Source: Paraspadella gotoi (lineage: Eukaryota > Animalia > Chaetognatha). Taken from it: a DNA stretch of 63,760 bases. The notes beneath the pieces were generated by a model that saw only the letters and a program-made list of their open reading frames with translations, had not been told where the DNA came from and searched no databases. The position numbers were made by a program, and so were the translations under genes. Positions 38,409 through 51,351 of this stretch are shown in pieces. Within the stretch, counting starts at the first letter, position 1. Each line of letters opens with the position of its first letter. The stretch is from NCBI GenBank assembly GCA_051294375.1, contig CM119265.1:28084665-28148424 (forward strand). Reading direction: 5' to 3'.

Positions 38409-38664
38409 ACTTTCCAACCCCTAAGCATTTTTCAATACTTTCCCTCGTTTTCTCAAAGTTTTCCGGTCACGTGACTTCGCCAACGGATTTTGTTTTTTTG
38501 TTTATGTCATCAGCANNNNNNNNNNNNNNNNNNNNNNNNNNNNNNNNNNNNNNNNNNNNNNNNNNNNNNNNNNNNNNNNNNNNNNNNNCGTCGTCGTCGT
38601 TATCTGCATCTACGTCGTTTTCATCGTTATTTTTAAAGTCATAATCGATATTAGCATTAGACTA

Positions 38665-38702
<38 letters not shown>

Positions 38703-39166
38703 ATGAATAGAGAGAGAATAGAAGTGTTTAACTATCTCTTCTCTTTTCGCACGAACTGGGTTTCTTGTTTTTCTTTCAACGGAAATCAAGATTTTTCTTT
38801 CTTCTCGACAAATTTGTAAATATGTTGTCGTCGTCGTCGTCGTCGTCGTCGTCGTCCTAATCTTTTTCTTCAAGATCAACATCATGTACATACATTGATT
38901 TTTCCCGTCTACATCCTTTATATATATATAAATATATCATAAACAGGACAATTTCATTTTTTCATCGGTTTTGTTGATATTAAAGGTCATAGTTTAGGTT
39001 ATACTTATTACTTATTACTATACTTTCTTTTGTCCCTTGAGTCAAAGAAACATGATTTTACTTAACGATACAAAATATGTATTTTGGTATAAAATTAATT
39101 CGTTTGAAGCGAAAGTTTGTTTTACTCGCGTAAATATTATCATCAATATTTTCATTACATCATCAC

Positions 39167-39199
<33 letters not shown>

Positions 39200-39346
39200 T
39201 ATCATCATCAGCATCATCACCGTCGTCATCGTCGTCATCAGNNNNNNNNNNATCAGCATCGTCGTCATCGTCGTCATCGTCGTCATCCCACTAGCTCCGT
39301 CCGCAAACCTGTGCTGAGGCGTGGAAACTTGAAAGGCACGGAAAAC

Positions 39347-39380
<34 letters not shown>

Positions 39381-39627
39381 NNNNNNNNNNNNNNNNNNNN
39401 NNNNNNNNNNNNNNNNNNNNNNNNNNNNNNNNNNNNNNNNNNNNNNNNNNNNNNNNNNNNNNNNNNNNNNNNNNNNNNNNNNNNNNNNNNNNNNNNNNNN
39501 NNNNNNNNNNNNNNNNNNNNNNNNNNNNNNNNNNNNNNNNNNNNNNNNNNNNNNNNNNNNNNNNNNNNNNNNNNNNNNNNNNNNNNNNNNNNNNNNNNNN
39601 NNNNNNNNNNNNNNNNNNNNNNNNNNN

Positions 39628-39664
<37 letters not shown>

Positions 39665-41159
39665 CGTTGGCTGCAAAAGAGCAAGTAACTCGCGAAAGAT
39701 TAAATAGATTAAGCGAGATGGTGAATTTAAATTTTAAAACTCGCTATACTTAGGTTTACCTATTATGACAAATAATCTACAAATAAGAAAAAACAAGAAG
39801 ACTAAGATAAAGTAATGCTGTTGAAAGACAACGTGATGATGTAGTTAGATAAAGAGAGTCGACGTGAAAAAATAACGAAAATCGGGGAAGAATCGATGAC
39901 GGGGCGNNNNNNNNNNNNNNNNNNNNNNNNNNNNNNNNNNNNNNNNNNNNNNNNNNNNNNNNNNNNNNNNNNNNNNNNNNNNNNNNNNNNNNNNNNNNNN
40001 NNNNNNNNNNNNNNNNNNNNNNNNNNNNNNNNNNNNNNAGAGGGGGAGAAATGATGTTGAGAGAAAAATGGAGGCTGCTGAAGAGTAAATGATGGCGAAA
40101 GAGCGCCCACGGGAGAAATGATGGGGAGAAATAGCGATGATGAGAACAGACGCTTTCTGTCGGAGGAAAAAAAAGGGAGGAAAGAAAATGAGGAAAAAGG
40201 AGAAAAAAGGAAATATACGAGGAATGAGGGAGGAAATGAGGAATGAGGAGATGAGAAGAGTAACGGGTTAAACAAGGAGGAAAGAGGAGAAAGGAGAAAG
40301 GAGAAAAGAGAAGGGGGAGAAAGAAAGGAGAAAGGAGAAGAAAGAAAGGGGAGGAAAGAAGTAAGAAAGAGTAAGGTAGAAGAGATGAGTTTGAGAGGGG
40401 AATATAGAAATGAAAATGGAGAAGGGACGAGGGAGATAGGAGAAGAAAAAAATAGGAAGAGAAAAGAGAAAAGAGAAAAAANNNNNNNNNNNNNNNNNNN
40501 NNNNNNNNNNNNNNNNNNNNNNNNNNNNNNNNNNNNNNNNNNNNNNNNNNNNNNNNNNNNNNNNNNNNNNNNNNNNNNNNNNNNNNNNNNNNNNNNNNNN
40601 NNNNNNNNNNNNNNNNNNNNNNNNNNNNNNNNNNNNNNNNNNNNNNNNNNNNNNNNNNNNNNNNNNNNNNNNNNNNNNNNNNNNNNNNNNNNNNNNNNNN
40701 NNNNNNNNNNNNNNNNNNNNNNNNNNNNNNNNNNNNNNNNNNNNNNNNNNNNNNNNNNNNNNNNNNNNNNNNNNNNNNNNNNNNNNNNNNNNNNNNNNNN
40801 NNNNNNNNNNNNNNNNNNNNNNNNNNNNNNNNNNNNNNNNNNNNNNNNNNNNNNNNNNNNNNNNNNNNNNNNNNNNNNNNNNNNNNNNNNNNNNNNNNNN
40901 NNNNNNNNNNNNNNNNNNNNNNNNNNNNNNNNNNNNNNNNNNNNNNNNNNNNNNNNNNTGGAAGATGAGAAAAGTGAAAAAAGTTGGAATTATGTATAAT
41001 GTATGTCGTATAAGTTTATTAGTGGAGTCGACACAGCCCGACATCCTCCAGCGACGCCGCCCCGATGCCGCCCGACGCCATCCGACGCCAACCGACGCCN
41101 NNNNNNNNNNNNNNNNNNNNNNNNTTGGTTACGATTACGCATGTATATTGCTCATAAGG

Positions 41160-42650
41160 TATTCCAAAAGTAAAAACCATTCTCCCCCCTCATCCCGGAT
41201 CCGACACGGTCAGAAGGGGCTGCAAACGATGCCCAATCCCTTGTCTTTTGGTTGACACAAAAAGAACATTTCTCTCTGAGTACAATTATTACAAAGTCAT
41301 CAATACAGATACTAAATATAGAAATTTGGGAAACAAGATCCTTTGTCTCAAGTTCAAGTCGGCTCAGACCCTTGATCATTTCTCCACGATGATATTATCC
41401 GTGTTGGTGACGCCTCAACAATTCTGGCCATATCTCCAAGATGCAAAACACCAGATGATTTTGCCTTCCAAATCTCACGTAGTGCTTTGCTCATTAGGCA
41501 TGAGCATGAACACAAGTCATGCCGGAGTTGAACATGTTCATTGTACTTTAAGACAAACGTTTGGATTCTAAAAGTCGCCAAATGGTAAAAAAGGAAATGG
41601 GTAAATGTCCTTATATCTTACCGATCTTCGATGCCAAACCCTGCTCACAAAAGATGGCTCCTCTCCTGCATTCCGTGTTCAAGAAGGTATCGTTCCGTTT
41701 CAAGAAACTCGTGTCGATTTTATGGACCTTTTGAGCTAAAAAGGCAGCCCGGTGGCATTCAACACAAGATGGATTTGTTTATTTACTTTGTTTGAAAAAT
41801 GGCGTGCTGTGCATTTAGAGGTGCGACTGATTTATCTGCCACCTGCCTTTATAAGACTGTTTGTTTCGCTTTATTTCCCGCCGACCTGGCGTCGAGAAAA
41901 TATTTCAGATTGTGGCACGAATTTTACCGGCTGTCAAAGAGCTTGGTAAAAGTCCTCAAAGAGTGGAACGACGACATCAACTCTCCATCTGCGCAATCAA
42001 AGGTATCCAATGGTCCTTTCAATCGCCCTGGCAGCCGTCGCATTGGCCGGCAGCGGTCTCCCTTGAGGCGTCTCGTCCGCTCAACCAAAGACATCCCTCA
42101 CTCGAACGGCTGCAACGGAACTCCCGCGCTACTATCACCGGACAATGTCCCTCAGCACGCTCGCTGTGTCGATGGAAGCCGATCCCGACATCAGCCCCTC
42201 TCATGTTCTCCGACGATCCCTCGCGATTGCTCCACACCCTCTAGCCCTTGCGCGGATCTGTGCTCTGGCTCCCCCTCCCTTGCAATCCAGCATCCATGGT
42301 CCCTCCCAGCAACGGCGGAGAGTGCTGCTGCTCTAGGCACGTACATGGCTCCTTTCTCGCAACTCGCGCGACACATTTCTGGCGCCGCGTGGGTGCGTGA
42401 ATATTTATCTATTCTCCAAGAAAGGCAACAGTGGAAATTCTCCTTCCGGACGACAATCTCTCGTGTGGCTGATCTTGTTCTCGTCGTCGACGATCTGCCG
42501 TCATCCGCGGTGACTGGCCTCTCCGCGATTTATCTCAAACGTTTTATCCCGGATCTGGACGCCGCGTCCGACGCGTAAAGGTCCGCACCGGCCATCAATA
42601 GAGGACGACCGGTGGATTGTCGTAAAATTGTTCTCTCGAAGCCGACGATT
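41160..42650 (+). mobile_element. BEL/Pao LTR retrotransposon integrase region (frameshifted remnant)
   Basis: Motifs across frames: HAGVEHVHCTLRQTF (HHCC zinc finger), RWICLFT, RAVHLEV, SDCGTNFTG, WVREYLSILQER and DLVLVVDD (BEL C-terminal domain). Confidence 0.9.
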
Positions 42651-42862
42651 CTATCGCCCACAGTTAAGTCTTCTGCATCTTAATTTGTTTCAAACCTTAA
42701 GTTTAAGGTTTGGTATCTCTTATTGTTTTTCTGTGTATATGTTCAAGTTATATGAAATTGGTACAACCAATTACGTGGTTACCCGCTAATTTTGCTATAT
42801 CTATTCTCATTCTCGTAAAAAATTGTTTTTGTTTTATTTAAATTTGAAAGTTTTAAAATTTT

Positions 42863-43150
42863 AGAGGCGGGAAAAATGTAGAATAGTTGTTTACTTTCGT
42901 TTCGAAAAACTGATCTTTTGGTTTACCCCGCATTTCGCGAGAAACCAGTCTGTTTCTCCTTCGCCTATGTTTTGTAATTCGGTTTCACAGACGATATCCT
43001 GCACGTTACCGTTATTTTTGCTGCTCGAATTTATGCCAAATGTCTCTCCTATTCACCCGCCGTTTATTTCGAAGTTAAAATGTATATCTTTATGCTGTAT
43101 GTAATCGCCCAAATTTCTATAAAGTTCGACGTGTTATACCAGGTCCGTTT
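42863..43150 (+). mobile_element. polypurine tract and probable 3' LTR of the BEL/Pao element
   Basis: AGAGGCGGGAAAAA followed by TGT at 42877. The LTR 3' end cannot be determined. Confidence 0.55.
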
Positions 43151-44759
43151 TTAATGGTTTTTAACTCGTTGTTAATAAGTTTTAATGCGTTTATAATTTG
43201 ACATTTTATATTAAATCGTTGTATAATCTGTTTCACATCCAGCGGCTGCTTCTGCGGATCTCTTTCCGATGCTTTTTTCCGATGCTTTTTCCGATGCTTT
43301 TTTCCGATGCATTACAGCGCTGCCCTTACGGTTCTATTACGCGAATTCATTATGGTTCTATTCCCCCCATAGGGATCTCTATGCGCTTAGTACTTTGGAA
43401 ACGTTTTGTGAAACCTGCGTGTACTGCTCTCGACTTTTGTCGTCGTGTACGATGGCTCTACACACAACTACTTACCTGGAATGTCTGATATAGTGTAAAA
43501 CACGTCTTGCAAACTAGCTTAAGGCAGGTCATACAAATTGGATAGATAGCCCAGAGCACACACCACTAGGTTCAAGACGTAAGCGAGACCGCCACCTCAC
43601 ACTTTTTTTGTTCTCACTCCTCTCTCTCGAGGAGCTCTCTCTCTCTCTTTACGACATTCTCTCACATTTTTTTTCTATCAGCCGCCCTTGCGCTTATTAG
43701 TTTTCTACTTCTATCTTAGGCTTGTTTTTTCTTCATATCTCTTTCACATTTCTCATTATTTCACACTTGTCTTTCTTATGCTTCTTTCGTTTTTTTCTTT
43801 TCTTTCATGCCATCTCACTGCGCGTTTCGGTGTGTCTGTTCTTTTTATCTATTCTGTTGTCCTGTTTACGCTCTTCTTTCTTTCTTTCTTTACTACTATC
43901 CAGTTCACTACAGATGCACACACGCACTACGGCGGTCCACCTTGACTCTGTGCAGATCATCTACTCATCTCACTCTCTCCATCACATCTCACTCCTCCAT
44001 TGCCTCGTCGTCTCTTCCACACCATTTCCCCCAACACTCTTGGGACACACACTCACTGTTATTCTTTTCCTCTTTGGTCGGAGTACTTCTCCCCCGACTT
44101 AGAGCAGTAACTCCTTGAGCGTGCATCATAACGTTCCTCTGCGCCATCTGGTTGAGCACCCTCGGGGCACCCATACTATACTACGAGATCTACTACACTC
44201 ATATCGTCACTTCCCGTTGTGGAAAATGAATGCTTAACGTTCTTCATACCATCCGCATATCTTCCCGCCTCAGTATCTCACTTTCACTATAACCTTACCT
44301 TAGACTCTGCTGTGGCGGCCACGGGGGAGTGCGGCAGGGCCCAGGCATTCGCGGTGGGAGGCTGAGGACTGCCAGCGTGATGAGCAGAAGCTAAGGGTTT
44401 AGAATTGGTTAAACAAGGAGAAAGAAAAAGGGAGAAAAAGAGAGAAAGCAGAGAAGGGAGAAAGTAGAAGGGAGAACAGGTCGAAGATAACGAAAAGGGA
44501 GGAAAGAAAGTAAAAGAAAAGAGTAAGAGGTAGAAGAGATGGTTTTGAGAGGGGGAATATAGAATGAAATGGAGAAGGGACGAGGCGGAGGAAACGGAAG
44601 AAAAGAAAACAGGTGAAGAGGAAAAAAAGCGATAAATCAGCGAAACGAAACCAAGAAATGAAATGAAGAAAGTGAAGTTGCATTATGTTATACGATTCTT
44701 CAGCTGTGGTTACTAATATGTATGTCGTATAAGTTATTTAGTGGAGTCGAGACACAGCC

Positions 44760-45545
44760 CGACATCTCCCAGCGGTCGAACGGCCGCGCCCGATTAGCGA
44801 TGCTCGACTCGCTTAACGCCCATCGACGAGCCAACCCCGACGTCAAAACACCCGCGACTGCTGAATCGGATCGAACCGACCGGCCTGATCGCCAACGGAC
44901 GATACGCCAACTTTACATCAGACCGCCACTACGCCACCATCGACGCTCAAACGGACGCACCTCCCGATTCGCGACCATCCCGATCGCCAAAAACGACGTC
45001 CCAACCGATACGCCAACGACGCCAAAACGAGCCACTCGCGACGTGCCAACCACGCCACCCCAATCGACGGCCACCGCGCCACCCTCTCCACGACGCCATC
45101 CGTACGCCACCGACGCCCCAACCGGATTCCGCCAACGACGGCCTAACAGACGACGCCACTGACAGCAACTTAAGCGGCCACCCCGCGCCAACGTGACGCC
45201 AACCGAGCCCACGTTGATGCAACCGCAACTCCCGACGCCATCGACGCCAACCGACGCCACTTCGCCCAAACCACGCCGGCTCACCCTACACTATATCCGA
45301 CGCCAACGAGAAAGCCAAACTCAACGCCACCGCGGCCGCCATCCGCACGCCCAACGACGGCCAACCTGACGCCTCAACCGCGCCGAGAACGGCCAACCGC
45401 GGGCACCCTCCGGACGTCCGCCACGCAACCTGACGCCACTCGACGCATACACGCCACCGACGCCAACCGCGCCACACCGCACACCGCGCCATCCGACGCA
45501 ACCGCCGCCACCCGGCCCAACCGAAGCCACCCCGCGCACCGGGCC
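44760..45545. repeat. degenerate GC-rich (CCGACGCCA)-type repeat array
   Basis: Recurring CCGACGCC/CAACGACG units; a cleaner start of the same array lies at 41040-41099. Confidence 0.7.
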
Positions 45546-45848
45546 GGGACGAAGGAACACGAGGCAATTACGCGGCGGAGGGAGGAAGTGGAGGAGGAGG
45601 AGTAGGAGGCGGAGAGGAGGAAGAGGAGGAAAGGAGGAGGAGGAAGAGGAAGCGGAGGAGGAAGAAGAGGAGGGGGAAGCGGAGCAGGAGGGAGAAGAGA
45701 AGGAAGTTGGAATTCGGACGAATCCCCAGAGTCTCGTCTCGACCGACGATTCCGTGGTTGTGGTCGGTGGTCGGTGGGCGGTGGGTGTGGGGAAAGATTG
45801 TGGTTGGATGGTTGGTCGTTAAGTGGCTGGTTCACGATCGGTTGATCG

Positions 45849-46270
45849 TTAATTGACTGGTTGATGTGCTAGTCGACAATTGATAGAACCTGATTGTCTT
45901 GTCAAAGATTGATTGGTCGTTAATTGAATAGTCGAATATTGATTGATCCTTAATTGGCTGGTTGATGTGCTAGTCGACAATTGATAGGACCTTGATTGGC
46001 TTGTCAAAGATTGATTGGTCGTTAATTGAATGGTCGAACATTGATTGTTCCTTAATTGGCTGGTTGATGTGCTAGTCGACAATTGATAGGACCTTGATTG
46101 GCTTGTCAAAGATCGATTGATCGTTAATTGAATGGTCGAATATTGATTGATCCTTAATTGGCTGGTTTATGATTAGTTGGACCTTAATTGGCTGGTCAAC
46201 CTTCGATTCGTTGTTATTTGGCTGGTCGAATATTGATTGGTCTTTAATTGGCTGGTCAACGATTGATTGA
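45849..46270. repeat. ~102-bp tandem repeat (3 copies plus degenerate tail)
   Basis: TTAATTG(G/A)CTGGTT recurs at 45849, 45950, 46052 and 46154. Confidence 0.9.
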
Positions 46271-47223
46271 AAGTTGGTTGGCTTGTCCTTAACCGTTAAA
46301 ACTTAAAATGTTTTTAATTTGTTTTATTTTCACGGTGAAATACAGTTAAATTTATTTTCTAATTTTGATAATTGGGTATAGAATATTTTGTTTTCTTTAA
46401 CTTATTATGTTATTAATTAATTTTTTTAAAAAACAAAGTGAAGCGTTCAAATCAGTTTCGCGTTTTTTATCTTATAAATAGAAGTTTTTATATTTTTACT
46501 AAGTAAACAAGTTTGGGCAAACAATGTCGGATCTGCCGACGATAATTAAGCTAATTAAAAAGCATCAAGCTAAAAAAAAATTATCCTATTTACAATCATA
46601 CATTCCCCAAAAAAAAGGCGGGGGGGGACGCCTTGTTTGCGTTTTATGCCAGATCAAACTCTATTTTATATGCTAAACTAAATAATAATAATAATAAAAA
46701 TAACTGCAAAATAAAAATGTATCATATTATCAATAGACTTAATTACTTTGTCAATTTCTCCTTTGAAGTTTATTACAAGAATTTTCGACCAATGCGCTGC
46801 ATTGAAAATTCCGTCTTTTTCTTTACGCTTCCTCTCTTAATAATAACCACAAAAGGTACGCTGTAGCCTGTCACTAAATTTTTGAGTTCTTTCCTGTCTT
46901 AACAAATGAGCATCCAGCAAATGTAGATGTGACAGAACGACGCAGACAGACCTTCGCGCTAAGTGACTATATAAGTTACTCGCGAGATACTCGCGCCGGA
47001 GTACAGTAAATAATTTAATGTTGTGGAGTGACTTCCCGAATATTTTGTCAGCTGTTTTAATTTCATGTCAGTTCATTTTTGTGGATCTTAAGCTCAGATA
47101 TATTACGAATTCATGTATTGTATTTTGACTTTTTTTTATTTTGCTATTAGAAAGTTAGAGATGCAAACGAAAATATCTTCGTTGTATTAGGCAATTTCTA
47201 TATTTAATTAATTAACAGAACAC

Positions 47224-47271
47224 CATGTTTCGACTCTCTTAGTTTTTTGCGAAGTTCTTTCATCAGCAAGT
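47224..47271 (-). ncRNA. noisy hammerhead motif in left PLE arm
   Basis: Minus strand CTGATGAAAAGAACTTCGC...GAGTCGAAACATG, the inverted counterpart of 48981-49017. Confidence 0.45.
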
Positions 47272-48759
47272 TTGAACATTCAATAACACCGTAAAATTTG
47301 TTAAAGAATAAACATTAGTATTGAGAGAGAGAACGAGAAGAGAGAGAGGAGGAGTTTCCTAACAAGATTGAGCAAGGATAGTGGTCAGTGTGAGGACAGT
47401 TGAAAGTAGCGGAAAGAGAGTAATGATTTTGATTGTTGAAAATGAGAAAAAGACGAAGAGGGAGAAGAGAGAGGAGAGAGAGAGAGCAGAGAGAATACAG
47501 GGAGACCTTGCGCTTGCAAGGCACCGACCGCGCCCACCACCAGCGCAAAGTGGAGATAGACAGAAGCGTCTCAAGAACGTGGGTCACTTGTCCCATCCCC
47601 TACCACCGAGGGATCACTGAATCATTGTCGCGGGTGCTGGCAAAGCAGGGGATCTCCAGTCAGTGACGACCCGCGGCTCTTTACTGTGAGCAATTGGTGA
47701 AACCGAAAGACAAAAATCCCCAGACCAAAAACACTCAGGAGCCGTCTATTGGGCGGGCCTGTGCAGGAGCGGCAACCACACCCTGCACAGCAGCCATACG
47801 TGGCGAGACAGGACAAAAGTCTCTAATCAGATAGGTTCCAACAACATATCAAAGCCCTTATCGCGGACTCTAGAGGGCACTATAAATCTGTCGTGGCAGT
47901 TGCAGAACACGCAAACAACTAGGGCATCTGTTCAGAGAAGAAGACTGTCTCGTGCTGTGCCTATGACCAAAACTGGTTCTCAAGAGGTATTAGAGAGGCA
48001 ATTTACATCAAGGCACTCGAACCCTCTTTGAAACCGTGATGGAGGACGATTCGAACGTCCTCCAAGCTATGATAATCGCTTATCAAAACTGTGGTGGAGC
48101 ACCCAACGCCACCTCAAGCCGCAAGGTGATTTCCCCTGTCCTCACTCAACGGGTCAAAGCGCAGGAGGAGCCCTCTTCAGCAGGCAATGGACGTCCGGTG
48201 TGCCTGCAACCGAGCTTGCAGCAACTTGGCGCGGACTCTTCTCGTGCTGAGCATCGCCCAAAACGGACAGCTGCAAGAGGAGGAGAGGAGTCTGTATCCC
48301 TGTTTTCCCCCCCAAAACAGGCCCGAACAAGCAATCGCCCACCTCACCGTTCAGGTGAGAGAGGGGCGCTTCGCGCAGGCCTATCAGGTCAGAGAGATAT
48401 GCGAGTGGCACTAGGCATTTTTCCAGCCGGATCATTACCAGATCCAGCCCTGTTCCATTTCCACCACAATATCATCTCAGCCATGACAGGCCAATTGACC
48501 CGACTACATCCGTTAACGCTCCACATTGCCCGCGCTGCGGGGGGGGCAAGCTACATTTTTGAGCTCTTTTTTCTTACCTACGTATTTCAACTTATCTTTA
48601 ACTTATCTATCCTCATCACTTATTCTTCTATTTCATTTTCTCTTACTAACAATCATCAGCTAACAATTAATCTATTATTACTTTTGTTAAATATTTAGTT
48701 TTTTCTAAAATTTTTCACTGTTGTAACATTGCCTCAATGTATTGATCCCTGTCTGTCTC

Positions 48760-48807
<48 letters not shown>

Positions 48808-48978
48808 CTTTTCACCAATTTCAAAAATCATTTACATCTCTCTTTCCCTTACTTTCACCTGTCCTCACATCTGACCACTATCCTTGGCTCAATTCTCTCT
48901 GTTGGAAATCTCTCTCTCTCTTCTCTTTCTCCTCTCTTCTCAAACTAATGTTTAAAATTTTGTCTATTAGAATTCACT

Positions 48979-49020
48979 TGCTGATGAAGACTCGCAAAAC
49001 TAAGAGTCGAAACATGTACA
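48979..49020 (+). ncRNA. minimal type I hammerhead ribozyme (PLE-associated)
   Basis: TG-CTGATGA-A-GACTC-GCAAAACTAA-GAGTC-GAAA-CATGTA-CA: intact core, 5-bp stem II, palindromic ACATGT, GUA triplet; stem I only 2 bp. Confidence 0.75.
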
Positions 49021-49069
49021 TTAATTAAAATAAAATTGCTATTACGAACGATATTATGTAGTAAATATA

Positions 49070-49415
49070 TGTCAGCACTCGGCCCATTGCCTAGGTTCAC
49101 CCCAGCCTCATAGAACATGACGCTTTCAAGTGCTAGACCCCACCCACACCCGCATAGGCCCTCATTCCGTAAAGCATCAGGCTCAATTGAACCACTACGG
49201 TACCGGGTTCACATCCCCACACACCACCCACCACCCCAAGCTCTCAGGATACCACTCTGCGGGAGCCGTACGACGGAACAGGCGCCCTAAGCCCCTTGGG
49301 GCATGGGCAAACCCTCAACCTTGGTCCCACGCACGGGCACCGTTCATGGACCTGCCTAGAGGGTATTAGAAGTTACGGACAGTCATCTTCAGCCCACGAT
49401 AAGCGCCTTAATTAC
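49070..49415 (+). repeat. third (noisy) copy of the TGTAGTCGGG-starting terminal sequence
   Basis: CATTGCCTAGGTTCACCCC...CATGACGCTTTCA...TTGGGGCATGG...CAGCCCACG matches the reverse complement of ~51050-51351. Confidence 0.75.
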
Positions 49416-49558
49416 CACCCAACTGGATTGAGCCCCATCCTGGTCGGAGCGTATTCCCAACCTTCTGATTCCGGCCCTTGCGTCTAGCTGAAGATGCTAC
49501 CCTCCCTACACTTTGGAAGCAGGGCAGGCAGTGGGTTACAAGTCTGAGGGGACAGCAA

Positions 49559-51351
49559 TGTAGTCGGCATTGCTAGGTTCACCCCGCTAGAAACATGACG
49601 CTTTCAGTTGTGACCCGGCTGGCTCTACACTTGGTTTAAAGCCATCAGCTCATGACACACTGGTACCGGTTCAATCCCCAAACACAGGGGACCTACTCTG
49701 CGGAAGCGTGAGGACGGCGCGTAAGCCGCGCTTGGGGCATTGGCAAACCTTCAAGCCCTGCGTTTCCAAGACCCAGGGACCCGTTCCATGCGCATATCTA
49801 TATGCTTTGCATTATTCCTTCATTAAGGTATTGTTTTTAATAAAGAACAAAACAAAGCTTTTGTTCAAAGACTTTTTATTCAGCTTTTAAAGCGAAGCTA
49901 GCAAACCCTCCAACAAACGACGCCGATCGACGACGCCGCTCTACAACGCCTCTGTCTCTGATCAAGTGGACGGTCTTGTGCGTGGTGAACTATTTTTTTT
50001 CCGCTTGGTCTCGACGCAATTCGAGAATCGACCCGTTCACCACATGTAGGTTAAACCCAGCCACATCCTCGAACTCTTAGCGCCCCTCGATTTCACCGAC
50101 GGGCGCCCACCAACCTTCACGCGACTTTTAGGCCGGCGACTTGCGCCACCGGAAACCGCATAAAATGCCGCCGCCCGTAACAGGACCGCCACGACCAGGT
50201 CTCAGGCAGCCTCCTTACGCGCCCCAGTACGCGTGTACACGCGCGGCCGCCTGTCCCCGACTCCGTTAGACCTAAACGACGAGGAAGTCGAAGCGCCCAG
50301 TATCAATTCGCCAGCCCGCAGGAGACGTGCCGGCCACCTTCGTCTTTTCCAAACGGCGATCAGTACGAGACTTACAGAAGAACAGCATACACAACCGCTC
50401 CCTGCGAATATAGGCAGAGGCGCCGCCGACTCAGTCTGAAGTCGACGCCCATCAGAGCGGCCCCGACGCCAGCAATGGCGGCACTCGCGCGCCCAAGACG
50501 CCAACTTCTCCAGAGCCGACAAGCCCAAAAACCGGAACCTCCTCCTTTGAACAAAGAAAAATAGAGACATTTGGATAAGAGAGGATGGAGTCCGCATATA
50601 CTCGAGCCAGAAAGTGTCAATGCAAAAGACAAATTCGCTTTCCTTGAGGCAAAAATGGTCAGTCGACGTTGATTCCGAGAAATCAACGCCTTTTTGTACG
50701 GCACGCCTTCGTGGAGGCAGAAATGGGAACGACGCTTTCATTGAGATACCTGCGTACCAGAATGATGGTATTACCAAACGTCGACAAGCGAGATCATCCT
50801 CGATGCCAAAATAACGCCGAAACGAAATGAAAACCGTCGCAGCACCTTGCCAGGCTTTGACCGAGAAAGCTTCACCGTCACTATCGACGATCATATTGAG
50901 GAGCTGGTTCATCCGAGACTCCCAACGGACCGTCCCACAGCCAATGTCCATAGGAACCGGCGCCAATCTGCGGACGCGGCCGAATTCCCGCCGCCATAGC
51001 GCGACAAGCATTTTGAACCCGCCGGAAAACCTCTCACCAGATGATTGAGATAAGCGCTACGTGGGCTGAAAGATAGAGCTGTCCGCTAACTTGCTCATAA
51101 CCCCCTCTTAGCAGCCATGGAACGGGTCCCTGGGCTTGGAACCAGGCCTTGAGGTTGCCATGCCCCAAAGGCGGCTTACGGCCGTTCCTCACGCTTCCCG
51201 CCAAGTACGTACCGGTTGGATTGACCCGTGGTACCTAGTGGTCATGAGCGTTGACTGGACATTTACCTCAATGAAGCCACCGGAGTACAACACTGAAAGC
51301 GTCGAACTGTATTCTAGGCGGGGTTGAAACCTAGGCCAATGCCCGACTACA
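49559..51351 (-). mobile_element. RLE-type (R2/R4/NeSL-like) non-LTR retrotransposon 3' fragment enclosed by ~230-bp inverted repeats
   Basis: Minus-strand KAWQG, SFWY, CRHC...TES zinc-knuckle-like and LP(D)LVVAV (PD-D/E nuclease-like) segments in the expected order, frameshifted. 49559-49790 is the reverse complement of 51116-51351. Confidence 0.55.

Larger units (their letters stand above)
47172..49055 (+). mobile_element. 5'-truncated Penelope-like element (GIY-YIG endonuclease) with inverted pLTR-like arms
   Basis: IPYHRGITESLSRVLAKQGI, QLVKPKDK, GAVY, GETG, VAEHAN, EAIYIKALEPSL and DGGRF across frames at 47575-48100. Arms 47172-47505 and 48745-49055 are reverse complements. Confidence 0.88.

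Noticed and set aside
51165-51240. HDV-like ribozyme (GGCGG...CGTTCCTCACG...CCGCC)
   Set aside because: The loop is too short, and no P1.1 GG or P2 partner could be assigned by eye.
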